Source of the DNA: Candidatus Omnitrophota bacterium
GTDB taxonomy: Bacteria > Omnitrophota > Gorgyraeia > Zapsychrales > Fredricksoniimonadaceae
Direction: 5' to 3'
DNA: 64,000 bases
NCBI GenBank assembly: GCA_903860135.1
Contig: CAIOPG010000007.1
Location: 2,100 to 66,099 of the forward strand
Shown: one piece after another, positions 1 to 8,347 of the stretch
Numbering within the stretch: the first letter of the stretch is position 1
How the letters are laid out: each line of letters opens with the position of its first letter
Made by a program: the position numbers and the translations under genes
The notes under the pieces: model-generated
What the model was told of the DNA's origin: nothing
What the model saw: only the letters and a program-made list of their open reading frames with translations
The model's database searches: none

Positions 1-978
1 GAAAAGTCAGTCTACGCGCTAAATTTGTTGAGTGAGGTGTTACGAGCTTATCCGGGGTTGGTTTTTAAAGGCGGGACATCGCTGTTGCTTTACATTTATC
101 CCCCAGTGAGGCTGTCCATCGATATTGATATTCTTTTGCCTGTGGCAGCAAAAGAAGGGCTTTTTGATCGTCTGGCCCGTGTGGCTCAGGATTCACAGTG
201 GTTTGGCGATATGGAAGAGTCTGTTCGCAAGGGGAAGGATATTCCCAAGGCTCATTTTAAGTTTCCGTTTAAATCGCATTTCTCCAAGATCCAGCAGTAT
301 GTATTGTTGGACGTGGTTTTTACAGAAGCACCTTATGGCAGATTGGAGCGGAAAAATCTCGCCGACACTCCTATGGCATTTGCGGAGTCAGGCGGGATTG
401 TCACTGTTCCGACGGTGAACGGGCTTTTCGGTGATAAATTGACGGCAATGTCTCCGAAAACGTTGGGGATTCCGCTGGTTCAGGATCGCGCCATGGAGGT
501 AATGAAACAGATCATTGATCTTGGCTCGCTTTTTATGGTTGTGGACGATGTTGAGGAATTAAACAGATCTTTTCTGAAGACTGTCGCGGTCGAGAATGGT
601 TTCCGGAACAGCGCATATACTAACGAGGATATTTTCAGCGACATTTGGGAGCTGGCATTTCGGTATTCACAATCGCGTCTTCGGGGAGGTAACAATACAT
701 TTGTGGAGATCGAGCTTCTGATCGACGGGAATGCCAAGGTTGCTAATCATCTGCGGGCAAGGTTTAACCCTGATGAGACCAAGATCGCTTTTGCGCGTAT
801 TGTTTATATGATCAGCGTTCTTCGCCGGGGTGATAAGGCCGGACTTGTTAAACAGGTAGATATGCGCGCGGTTGAGGGCTATGTTATTCCTGAAAAGTAT
901 AAGGTTCTTGAGAAGCTCAAGGTTACTGTTCCCGAGGCGTATTTTTATTGGGCTATGGCGGTCGGTCTGCCTGGGTAG
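1..978 (+). CDS. AbiEii/AbiGii-family nucleotidyltransferase (type IV TA toxin-like), 5'-truncated by window edge
   Basis: Frame is open from base 1 (EKSVYALNLLSEVL...). Carries the FKGGTSL...RLSIDIDI nucleotidyltransferase motif and a later GDKLTA...KQIIDL motif typical of AbiEii. Confidence 0.8.
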   Translation, partial: EKSVYALNLLSEVLRAYPGLVFKGGTSLLLYIYPPVRLSIDIDILLPVAAKEGLFDRLARVAQDSQWFGDMEESVRKGKDIPKAHFKFPFKSHFSKIQQYVLLDVVFTEAPYGRLERKNLADTPMAFAESGGIVTVPTVNGLFGDKLTAMSPKTLGIPLVQDRAMEVMKQIIDLGSLFMVVDDVEELNRSFLKTVAVENGFRNSAYTNEDIFSDIWELAFRYSQSRLRGGNNTFVEIELLIDGNAKVANHLRARFNPDETKIAFARIVYMISVLRRGDKAGLVKQVDMRAVEGYVIPEKYKVLEKLKVTVPEAYFYWAMAVGLPG

Positions 979-1176
979 TCCGCAAGTGCTTGTGGGCGAT
1001 GTTTCTGTATCTTGTTGATGCTCTTGATTTTGTTCAACAGACTTTTGCCACTTTCCAGGCATGTTTTAGTGCGAACGGTTACGTCGACGAAAGACGGCTA
1101 TTGCACAATCCGGGTTTATGATACAATTTGTAACTCATGGGCAAGTGTTTGAGGAAGTTTTCAAAGGACAATTTCT

Positions 1177-2709
1177 ATGAAGAAAATCGTATTTACTATC
1201 TTTCTGGCCGCCTTTTTCTTGTTAAGGCCTTTTTCTTTACAGGATACGGGCGGTTGGTATCCCAATGATGATTATGATTATTTTGCCCAAGCTTCTTTTT
1301 TGAGTTTTGGCCAATTCCCGTCGTATAAGAACGAGTTTTTTACGAATTTGAAAGAAGGCCCTATGGGCGCAATAGGCTCAGGCATGCTGGCGGCCCCTTT
1401 TGTTTTTATGTTTTCTTTGCTGGATCGTGTCGAACATTCGAGTATCGTTGAACAACGTACGGTTGATAATGTTCCTAAAAGCTGGTCTCAGTTCGGATTT
1501 ATATTTGCGAGTATTTTTTATTTCTCGGTTGCTTGTTTGTTATTGTTTCGCGGGGCGGCCTTACTTGTCGGTCCTGTCTTTGCTTCCTGGGCGGTCATCC
1601 TGATGGTTATTTGTCAGGGAATGCCACTCTTTGCCTTCCGACGGCCCATTTTCAGCCAAATCCCTGAATTCTTTTTGCAAAGTGTATTTGTGTATTTGTT
1701 TATAAGAAATGAAGTGTCATGCGGTGCGTTTATAAGAAAGTGGTGGACCTATGTGTTGCTGGGGATTGGCGCGGCGCTGATCTTTTTGACCAGGAATAAC
1801 AACATCATGTTTGCATTGATCTGGCCGCTATTGTTTATTGGTCGCTATGTTGAAGATAGAGGGCTTCATCGTTTCTTGCGCCGGCTATGTTGTGTCTTTA
1901 TTCCTTTCATTCTTATGGTCATGATTTTTAAGATTTTACCTGAAGCCTATAATCACTATACGCCGTATTCAAATGCTTTTGGTAATATGTTAGTGGGTGC
2001 GCCGTGGCAGGATATTCTTCAACGTCTTGTTCATATATTTATCGGTATTGACTGGGGGCTCATCTTCACGGCCCCGTTTTTTATTTTTGGATTATTGGGC
2101 TTATTTTTTATAAAGATGCCGTTCAAAAGAAGGCTGTTGTTTGCTTCAACACCTTTATTAGTTAACTTCTTTGTTATAGTGTTCTTTGGTTCGCAGGGTG
2201 GCTGGTATGGTTACAGGTATTTCATTGCATCTGCTTTCCCTCTTTTTGTAATACCACTGGCATTTTTGCTTCAATGGCTGGACGAGAGGGTGGGTATATG
2301 GTGGAAATGGGGTTCACTATTGATATTATTAATGCCGCTGATGTCTATGTGGTGTTTTGAGCATCCGGGGCTTTACCTTGGCGTCATACAGCAGTCATTT
2401 GGAAGATCTGATTATGGCCACGCTACTTATCAAGGTGTCGTGTGGCAGACTGTTACAACCCCCTCGAAGTTCTTTTGGGTGATCTATCAGGGAGGAATAA
2501 GTTATTTGCATTATCTTTATTATATTATCAATCATCATTTCGGTTTTCCGGCAAAGACCTGGATTTACAACTTTCTCCCTATAGACAAGAAAATCAATCT
2601 AGTCCTTCTTCCTTTTGAAATAAAGATATTGGTGCGAACTACGATTATTTATTTGATGCCCTTTGGTATTGGTTGGATTTTTCGAAAGTGGACCAGCGCG
2701 TTAAAGTAA
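1177..2709 (+). CDS. Polytopic membrane protein, probable GT-C-fold glycosyltransferase
   Basis: 510 aa with more than 10 hydrophobic segments, an acidic NDDYDY motif after the first TM, and a GWYGYRY loop motif. Visibly AT-rich. Confidence 0.55.
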   Translation: MKKIVFTIFLAAFFLLRPFSLQDTGGWYPNDDYDYFAQASFLSFGQFPSYKNEFFTNLKEGPMGAIGSGMLAAPFVFMFSLLDRVEHSSIVEQRTVDNVPKSWSQFGFIFASIFYFSVACLLLFRGAALLVGPVFASWAVILMVICQGMPLFAFRRPIFSQIPEFFLQSVFVYLFIRNEVSCGAFIRKWWTYVLLGIGAALIFLTRNNNIMFALIWPLLFIGRYVEDRGLHRFLRRLCCVFIPFILMVMIFKILPEAYNHYTPYSNAFGNMLVGAPWQDILQRLVHIFIGIDWGLIFTAPFFIFGLLGLFFIKMPFKRRLLFASTPLLVNFFVIVFFGSQGGWYGYRYFIASAFPLFVIPLAFLLQWLDERVGIWWKWGSLLILLMPLMSMWCFEHPGLYLGVIQQSFGRSDYGHATYQGVVWQTVTTPSKFFWVIYQGGISYLHYLYYIINHHFGFPAKTWIYNFLPIDKKINLVLLPFEIKILVRTTIIYLMPFGIGWIFRKWTSALK

Positions 2710-2726
2710 TGCCTGCGGGCTTTTTA

Positions 2727-2735
2727 TGATATAAT
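2727..2735 (+). promoter_or_regulatory. Extended -10 promoter element (TGATATAAT) for metF
   Basis: TG-n-TATAAT ends 8 nt before the metF ATG. No SD sequence in between. Confidence 0.5.
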
Positions 2736-2743
2736 CCAAAAAT

Positions 2744-3613
2744 ATGCGTAAAATCACCGATATTTTCCAAGAGAAAGCCCGGACATTTTCTGTTGAAATA
2801 TTCCCTCCTAAGACGGATAAGGGGATGGACGCCCTGCGTGTGACGCTGGCGGATCTGGCGGCACTGCGACCAGACTTTGTTTCGGTAACCTATGGGGCGG
2901 GCGGGTCTAGCCGGGATACGACGTTTGATATTGTGCGGCTGGTCGAGGAACAATATCACCTTCCGGCGGTGCATCATTTTACTTGTGTGGCGCATACGCG
3001 CGCTGAGATCCGGGCCATTCTCGACAAGTTGCGTGCGCAGGATATCCGCAATATCCTGGCCCTGCGCGGCGATGCCCCCAAAGATCAGCCGAACTGGACC
3101 CCGGGACCCGAGCATTTCAAGTATGCCTCTGACCTGGTGCAATTCATCCGGGATAATTACGGTGATCATTTTGCCATTGGCGTGGCCGGTTTCCCTGAGG
3201 GGCATCCGCTGGCATCGGATCTTGCTTCGGATGCCCGGATACTCGCCAGGAAGATCGCTGTCGGCGGGGAGTTTGTCATGACCCAGCTTTTCTTTGATAA
3301 TCAGCTTTATTTTGATTATGTCCGACGCCTGCGCGCGCTCGGTGTTACGGCGCGTGTCATCCCCGGCATCTTGCCTATCACCAATTATGAAGCGGCCGTC
3401 AATTTTTGCCGGGGTTGCGGTGCGGCTATCCCTGCCAGCGTCCATGAGATATTTGCGGCGGTGGCGCACGATAAGGACAAGACCCTTGAGGCGGGAACCC
3501 GGTTCGCCATCAGGCAATGCCGTGAACTTTTGGCCGGTGGGGCACCGGGGATCCATCTTTATGCGTTGAACAAGACCGAACCGGTACGGACGATCCTTCA
3601 GGCATTGATCTAA
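2744..3613 (+). CDS. metF: 5,10-methylenetetrahydrofolate reductase
   Basis: SVEIFPPK, FVSVTYGAGG, ILALRGD, GFPEGHP, TQLFFD and GIHLYALN motifs. Confidence 0.95.
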   Translation: MRKITDIFQEKARTFSVEIFPPKTDKGMDALRVTLADLAALRPDFVSVTYGAGGSSRDTTFDIVRLVEEQYHLPAVHHFTCVAHTRAEIRAILDKLRAQDIRNILALRGDAPKDQPNWTPGPEHFKYASDLVQFIRDNYGDHFAIGVAGFPEGHPLASDLASDARILARKIAVGGEFVMTQLFFDNQLYFDYVRRLRALGVTARVIPGILPITNYEAAVNFCRGCGAAIPASVHEIFAAVAHDKDKTLEAGTRFAIRQCRELLAGGAPGIHLYALNKTEPVRTILQALI

Positions 3614-3626
3614 GCGGAGGCGCCTT

Positions 3627-4061
3627 ATGTGTTGGAACAAGATCAAGCAATGGTTTATAAGAAAGCCACGTCAGATATTAGCCATCGATGATAATCCGAT
3701 CGACCAGAGGGTCTTGATCGAGGCGATTCGGCAGACGGGTTGTTTGCCATTGGTCGCGACGACCGGAGCCGAAGGCCTTGCGATGGCGCGTGCGCATCGA
3801 CCGGACGTGATTATCCTTGACGTTTACCTTCCCCGAAAAGAAGGGTTTGATATTGGTCGCCAGATCCGGGGGGATGCCTTGCTCAAGGATGTGTCGCTCA
3901 TGTATTTCACCGTGGCTTCATCTCCGGAATCTATTATAGAAGGGCTAAAACACGGGGATCTTTATGTGTCCAAGCCTTTTCAGTTGGATGATCTGGTCAA
4001 GGCCATCCGTGCTATGCTGGCTCGCCGGCAGGAGCGGGTTGGGATGATGCCCACCCATTAA
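3627..4061 (+). CDS. Stand-alone response regulator receiver protein
   Basis: IDDN acidic pocket, ILDVYLP phosphoacceptor, Thr, and KPF motif. No output domain. Confidence 0.85.
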   Translation: MCWNKIKQWFIRKPRQILAIDDNPIDQRVLIEAIRQTGCLPLVATTGAEGLAMARAHRPDVIILDVYLPRKEGFDIGRQIRGDALLKDVSLMYFTVASSPESIIEGLKHGDLYVSKPFQLDDLVKAIRAMLARRQERVGMMPTH

Positions 4062-4072
4062 TTTTTTCTATC

Positions 4073-4101
4073 TGGACTTTATAATGAGCTTTTGTTATTA
4101 T
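4073..4101 (+). promoter_or_regulatory. Possible sigma70 promoter for the EPS operon (TGGACT-N17-TATTAT)
   Basis: Consensus-like hexamers with 17-nt spacing in the AT-rich intergenic region before 4142. Confidence 0.3.
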
Positions 4102-4141
4102 ATTAAAATATTTTCTGAAGAAAAACCACATGGGAGGAAGT

Positions 4142-4741
4142 ATGCTTAAGAAAATTTTTGGGTTAATGTTCATTCTTTTTATGGCTTTCCAGCTTTCTGC
4201 TTTTGCCGCGATCAATATTGGGCAGAGAACGGGAACGTTGAAGATCACCATGCCCGATAGCACGGTGCTCATCATTGCGCCCGGCGATCCGCTTCCGGTC
4301 ATTCCTGATGGCGCCACGCTGGAAGTTGTTTCTGGTATTGCCGAAATTTCTACGACCGGAGCGTCCACGGTTCAGGTCGTTGCTGGTGGACAGACCATTA
4401 ATGTCACGCCGGCTTCAACGATCAGCATCAGCTTTGAGGCCACAGGAGCGGTGATCGTTGGTGTGACCGAGGGTTCAGCTAATATCGTAACCGCCAGCGG
4501 CGGGACGGCGCATATTGACGCCGGCGATCAGGTCCGTGTTGGTGCTGGCGTTACGGCAGGTTCAGGGTTTGATGTGATCCGGGGGCAGGTAACAGTAACA
4601 CAACCTGACGGGACAACGACCACACAGGAGCCCACAACGGTTGAAGGGTATACGCCGCCGGAACTCCCTAATACTGATGATGTTGACACGACTGTTCAGA
4701 CTGAAGAAACCGCGGCCGATATCAGCCCTGTGGTTCGATAG
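4142..4741 (+). CDS. Secreted beta-rich protein (FecR-like) with Thr/Pro/acidic C-terminal tail
   Basis: GGAGG RBS before ATG 4142. Sec signal ending SAFA. Repeated short beta-strand patterns (LEVVSG, VGVTEGSA, DVIRGQV). Tail QPDGTTTTQEPTT...DISPVVR. Confidence 0.55.
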   Translation: MLKKIFGLMFILFMAFQLSAFAAINIGQRTGTLKITMPDSTVLIIAPGDPLPVIPDGATLEVVSGIAEISTTGASTVQVVAGGQTINVTPASTISISFEATGAVIVGVTEGSANIVTASGGTAHIDAGDQVRVGAGVTAGSGFDVIRGQVTVTQPDGTTTTQEPTTVEGYTPPELPNTDDVDTTVQTEETAADISPVVR

Positions 4742-4785
4742 TCTTGATGTTGTTTAAAAAGTTCATTTTACAAAAAAGAGAGGGA

Positions 4786-6003
4786 ATGATGCAATTATTT
4801 AAATTTGGATTCGCCGCGTTGATTCTGAGCGTTATTTTTAGTCAGCCTGTATTCGCTCAATCTTTTAGGGAAGAGGGCGTGCGCATTGGACGTCATGAAT
4901 TCAAGGACATCAAGGGCTATCGTATCGGGCAGGCCAGCTTAAAGGCAGGCATTTCAACCGAAGGCCGTTATGACAGCAATGTTTATCTGACCTCCAATAA
5001 CAAGAAATCGGATTATATCAGCATCACCAGCCCCAAGTTCCTGTTGGACCTTCCCCTGGGGATCGACGAGCGGCACCTTGTTCAGCTGATGTACACCGCA
5101 GATGCCGGTGCTTTTTCCGATCAGAAGGACCAGAACTACCTTAACCAGAATGCGGCCACCAATATCAATCTGCGCCTGCCTTTCGGTTATTTGAATGTTA
5201 ACAATGATTTTAAAGATACGGTTGACCGTGCCGCGACCGAATTTACGAGCCAGGTTCACCGCAAGGAGAACAAGGCCCAGGCCACCCTCGGTATCGAGGT
5301 CAACAAGCTTTCCTATGAATTAGGGTATTCCAACTTCATAAAAAGGTATTACGACAAGACATACCAGAACATTGAATACAACGAGGATGTTGTTTCCGGG
5401 ATCGCGTACTATCAATTGTTGCCCAAGACAAAAGCCTTGTTGTCCTATGACCGCGGCTTTGTGAATTATACCAAGGACAGCACGCGCGATTCTGTTTATG
5501 ACGAATTCATGGCTGGTTTGAAAGGCGAGTTGACCAGCAAGGTCGTCGGCATTGTAAAAGCAGGGTATCAGACGAGGAATTATGATGCGGCCGGACAGCG
5601 CGGTTATAATGGTTTTGTTTCCGAGGCAGGTTTGATCGGCTCTCTTTCCGAGCGCACCGAATTGACGCTCAAGTATGTGACCACGATCATGGAATCTTCC
5701 TTCGGTAATAACAATTACTATAATGCCAATATCTTGAGTGCTGAACTTGACCAGAAGTTGATGGGCAATTTTAATATTCTGTTAAAGTCGGGTTTCTCGC
5801 GCAACCTTTATCCCGAGAGCGATACGATTTACAACACTAAACGTGCCGACAGCCTGATCTCGGAGGGCGCCGCCCTTCAGTATAAGTTTAAGGATTATGG
5901 CAAGGTCAGCCTGGGGTATGATTATAAGGAGCTGATGTCCAACATTGATGCCAAGGCGTATAACGATAATATTGTTTCCATGCGGTTCGATCTTCTGATG
6001 TAG
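4786..6003 (+). CDS. Outer-membrane beta-barrel of EPS export (BBP2/EpsX-WzpX-like)
   Basis: Signal peptide (VFAQ), YDSNV motif near the N-terminus, alternating amphipathic strands. Directly upstream of OPX and Wzc genes. Confidence 0.75.
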   Translation: MMQLFKFGFAALILSVIFSQPVFAQSFREEGVRIGRHEFKDIKGYRIGQASLKAGISTEGRYDSNVYLTSNNKKSDYISITSPKFLLDLPLGIDERHLVQLMYTADAGAFSDQKDQNYLNQNAATNINLRLPFGYLNVNNDFKDTVDRAATEFTSQVHRKENKAQATLGIEVNKLSYELGYSNFIKRYYDKTYQNIEYNEDVVSGIAYYQLLPKTKALLSYDRGFVNYTKDSTRDSVYDEFMAGLKGELTSKVVGIVKAGYQTRNYDAAGQRGYNGFVSEAGLIGSLSERTELTLKYVTTIMESSFGNNNYYNANILSAELDQKLMGNFNILLKSGFSRNLYPESDTIYNTKRADSLISEGAALQYKFKDYGKVSLGYDYKELMSNIDAKAYNDNIVSMRFDLLM

Positions 6004-6023
6004 AAAGAGATGGTTCTGGGGAT

Positions 6024-6626
6024 ATGACAATGCGGCGGCTCTTTACAGGGTATGTTTTAATCACGGTCTTTTTAACCGGAGTGGCATTGGCTCAGGCTCC
6101 GGTAAAGCCGACGGCCATTCCGTCAGAATATCAGGTCGGGCCGGAGAATGCCCTTCAGATCGATGTTTATTACGGCAAGAGCGAAAAGATATCCCAGAAA
6201 GTGCGTGTTTCTTCACGCGGGGTCATTAATTTCCCTCTCATCGGGGAAGTCGAGATCATCGGTCTGACGGTTGCCGCCGTGCAGGATAAACTTAAGCAAC
6301 TCCTGGAAAAAGATTATCTGGTTAATCCGCAGGTCACGGTATTCATTGAGGAATACAGCACGGTATCGATCATGGGCGAGGTCAACAAGCCCGGCGCGTA
6401 TCCCATCAAGGGACGACTGACCGTTGTCGAGCTTATTTCGCTGGCCGAAGGGTTTTCCAAGGTAGCCGCCCCCAACAAAGTTAAAGTGATCCATACCAAT
6501 CCCGACGGCACCAAGGACGAAACGCCTGTCCGTGTTTATGACCTGATGAACAAGGATGCCTCTGGCCAAGATAAAGTTGTTCTGCGTTCGGGGGATGTGG
6601 TCATTGTTCCTGAAAGCCTTTTTTAA
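6024..6626 (+). CDS. wza: Short polysaccharide export (OPX/Wza-like) protein, Poly_export plus SLBB
   Basis: YQVGPEN..., G.INFPLIGEV..GLT, GEVNKPGAY and LRSGDVVIVPES motifs. Only 200 aa, no C-terminal OM helix. Confidence 0.85.
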   Translation: MTMRRLFTGYVLITVFLTGVALAQAPVKPTAIPSEYQVGPENALQIDVYYGKSEKISQKVRVSSRGVINFPLIGEVEIIGLTVAAVQDKLKQLLEKDYLVNPQVTVFIEEYSTVSIMGEVNKPGAYPIKGRLTVVELISLAEGFSKVAAPNKVKVIHTNPDGTKDETPVRVYDLMNKDASGQDKVVLRSGDVVIVPESLF

Positions 6627-6637
6627 GGGGTTCCTGC

Positions 6638-8347
6638 ATGCCTGAATTACAGTCCAACGAGTCGTCAGATGTCATTGAAATAGATCTGCGGGATGTGTTG
6701 CACAAGATCATCAAGCATCGGCAGACGATCATGACAACGGTCGGGATCTGCATGGTCCTTGCACTTGTTTTTTCGTTTACGGCTACACCCATTTTCAGCG
6801 CTTCCAGCCGCATTCTCGTTGAACCCAAACCGCCCAAGATCGTCAAGATCGAGGGCGCGATCCTCCCGGACTATACGGACCGTACTAATTTCTTTAATTC
6901 GCAAATCGAGATTTTGAAGAGTCATACGGTCGCTGAACTTGTGTTCAAGGATCTTGGTCATTATGAAATGTGGGAGCGCCGCGGTCAGCCTGCAGAAAGA
7001 CTTAAGCCTGTTACCGAAAACCAACGCATTGATTTTCTTTTAAAGCATGTGAAGATATCGCCGGTGCGCATGACCCAGGTCATTGAAGTGTCGGCGGAAG
7101 ATCCGGATCCTGTCATGGCGGCGCGCATTGCCAATGGCTGGGCGCGCGCGTATGTGCTTTTTTCATCGCAAGATCAGCTTCTTCAGCGCCGCAGTGAGCT
7201 TGAATCCGACATGGTCCAACAGCTCAAATTCCTCAAGGATAAACATCCGGTCATCATCGGCCTCAGGAACGAGATTGATGCTATCAACGAAAAGATCAAT
7301 AATGAACGTAAGCGGCTGAGCAAGGACGAAGGGGCTTCCGCGCTGACGAGCGATATCACCAATGTGAAGATCCTTGATCGTGCTGAAATTCCTGATCACC
7401 CATCGCGCCCGCGTAAGGCACTTAATGTGGTGCTGGCGCTCGTGCTCGGTCTTTTCGCGGGGGTGGGGCTGGTGTTCCTGTTTGAATCGCTTGACCAAAC
7501 GATCAAGACGCCCGATGATATGCAGGCACTGCTCAAGTTGCTGTGCCTTGTGCCGATCCCGCGTTATGAATCCGACGCAACGCACCCGGACGCGTCTCCG
7601 GAATTTGTGGCGGACAAAGCGCGCCATTCGACCATGGCCGAGGCGTTTCGCAGTCTGCGCACGGGCATTATTTTCAGCAATCCCGATCTTCCCAAGAAAA
7701 CATTCCTTATTACGAGCTCTTCGCCGTCTGAAGGGAAGACAACGGTGGCGGTCAATATGGCGACTGTTTTTGCCCAGGCCGAGGAGCGTGTGATCCTTAT
7801 TGATACAGACCTGCGCAATCCGCGCCTGCACAGCGTTTTCAAGATCGACCGTGCCAATGGGATCACGGACATCCTTGCGTTTGACAAGGCGGACATCGCC
7901 GCGTTCATTCATAAAACAAATATCAAGGGGCTTGATTTTCTGGCATGCGGCGAAGTCCCGCCCAATCCGTCGGAACTTTTAGGGTCAAAGAAGATGAAAG
8001 ACCTTATTGGGAAGCTTTCTACAATGTATGACCGCATTATTTTCGATACACCGCCAGTGCTGGCGGCAACGGATGCGGTTGTCTTGTCCACCCAGGTTGA
8101 TGCCACGATCATTGTCGTCAAGGCCGGGAGCACCCATCGTCAAGCCGCCATACGGAGCGTTGAGGCCTTAAGATCCGTGCACGCCAACGTGCTCGGGGCG
8201 GTGTTCAATATGATCACCAACGGTGCCCAGAATCCGTATTATTACTACTATTATCACTACGGCCATAACGCGGATAAGAAGGTCGCCGGACGATCCAAGG
8301 CCAACGATTTTCTCGCCAGGATCGATCCGCGCAACAAGAAAACCTGA
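6638..8347 (+). CDS. wzc: Polysaccharide co-polymerase / BY-kinase
   Basis: EIDLRD N-terminus, two TMs, EAFRSLRT, Walker A SPSEGKTT, IDTDLR, IFDTPP, and C-terminal Tyr cluster PYYYYYYHY. Confidence 0.93.
   Translation: MPELQSNESSDVIEIDLRDVLHKIIKHRQTIMTTVGICMVLALVFSFTATPIFSASSRILVEPKPPKIVKIEGAILPDYTDRTNFFNSQIEILKSHTVAELVFKDLGHYEMWERRGQPAERLKPVTENQRIDFLLKHVKISPVRMTQVIEVSAEDPDPVMAARIANGWARAYVLFSSQDQLLQRRSELESDMVQQLKFLKDKHPVIIGLRNEIDAINEKINNERKRLSKDEGASALTSDITNVKILDRAEIPDHPSRPRKALNVVLALVLGLFAGVGLVFLFESLDQTIKTPDDMQALLKLLCLVPIPRYESDATHPDASPEFVADKARHSTMAEAFRSLRTGIIFSNPDLPKKTFLITSSSPSEGKTTVAVNMATVFAQAEERVILIDTDLRNPRLHSVFKIDRANGITDILAFDKADIAAFIHKTNIKGLDFLACGEVPPNPSELLGSKKMKDLIGKLSTMYDRIIFDTPPVLAATDAVVLSTQVDATIIVVKAGSTHRQAAIRSVEALRSVHANVLGAVFNMITNGAQNPYYYYYYHYGHNADKKVAGRSKANDFLARIDPRNKKT

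Noticed and set aside
979-1176. Riboswitch or small ORF (MFLYLVDALDFVQ..., ~42 aa) in the intergenic region
   Set aside because: No recognisable riboswitch core, no clear RBS and no motif. Cannot be supported without a covariance or homology search.
2711-2725. Intrinsic terminator GCCTGCGGGCTTTTT
   Set aside because: A 3-bp stem is too weak to call.
2645-3646. 333-aa minus-strand ORF
   Set aside because: Antisense shadow of metF.
7163-7912. 249-aa minus-strand ORF and the many other short overlapping ORFs in the track
   Set aside because: They lie within well-supported + strand genes and show no recognisable motifs.
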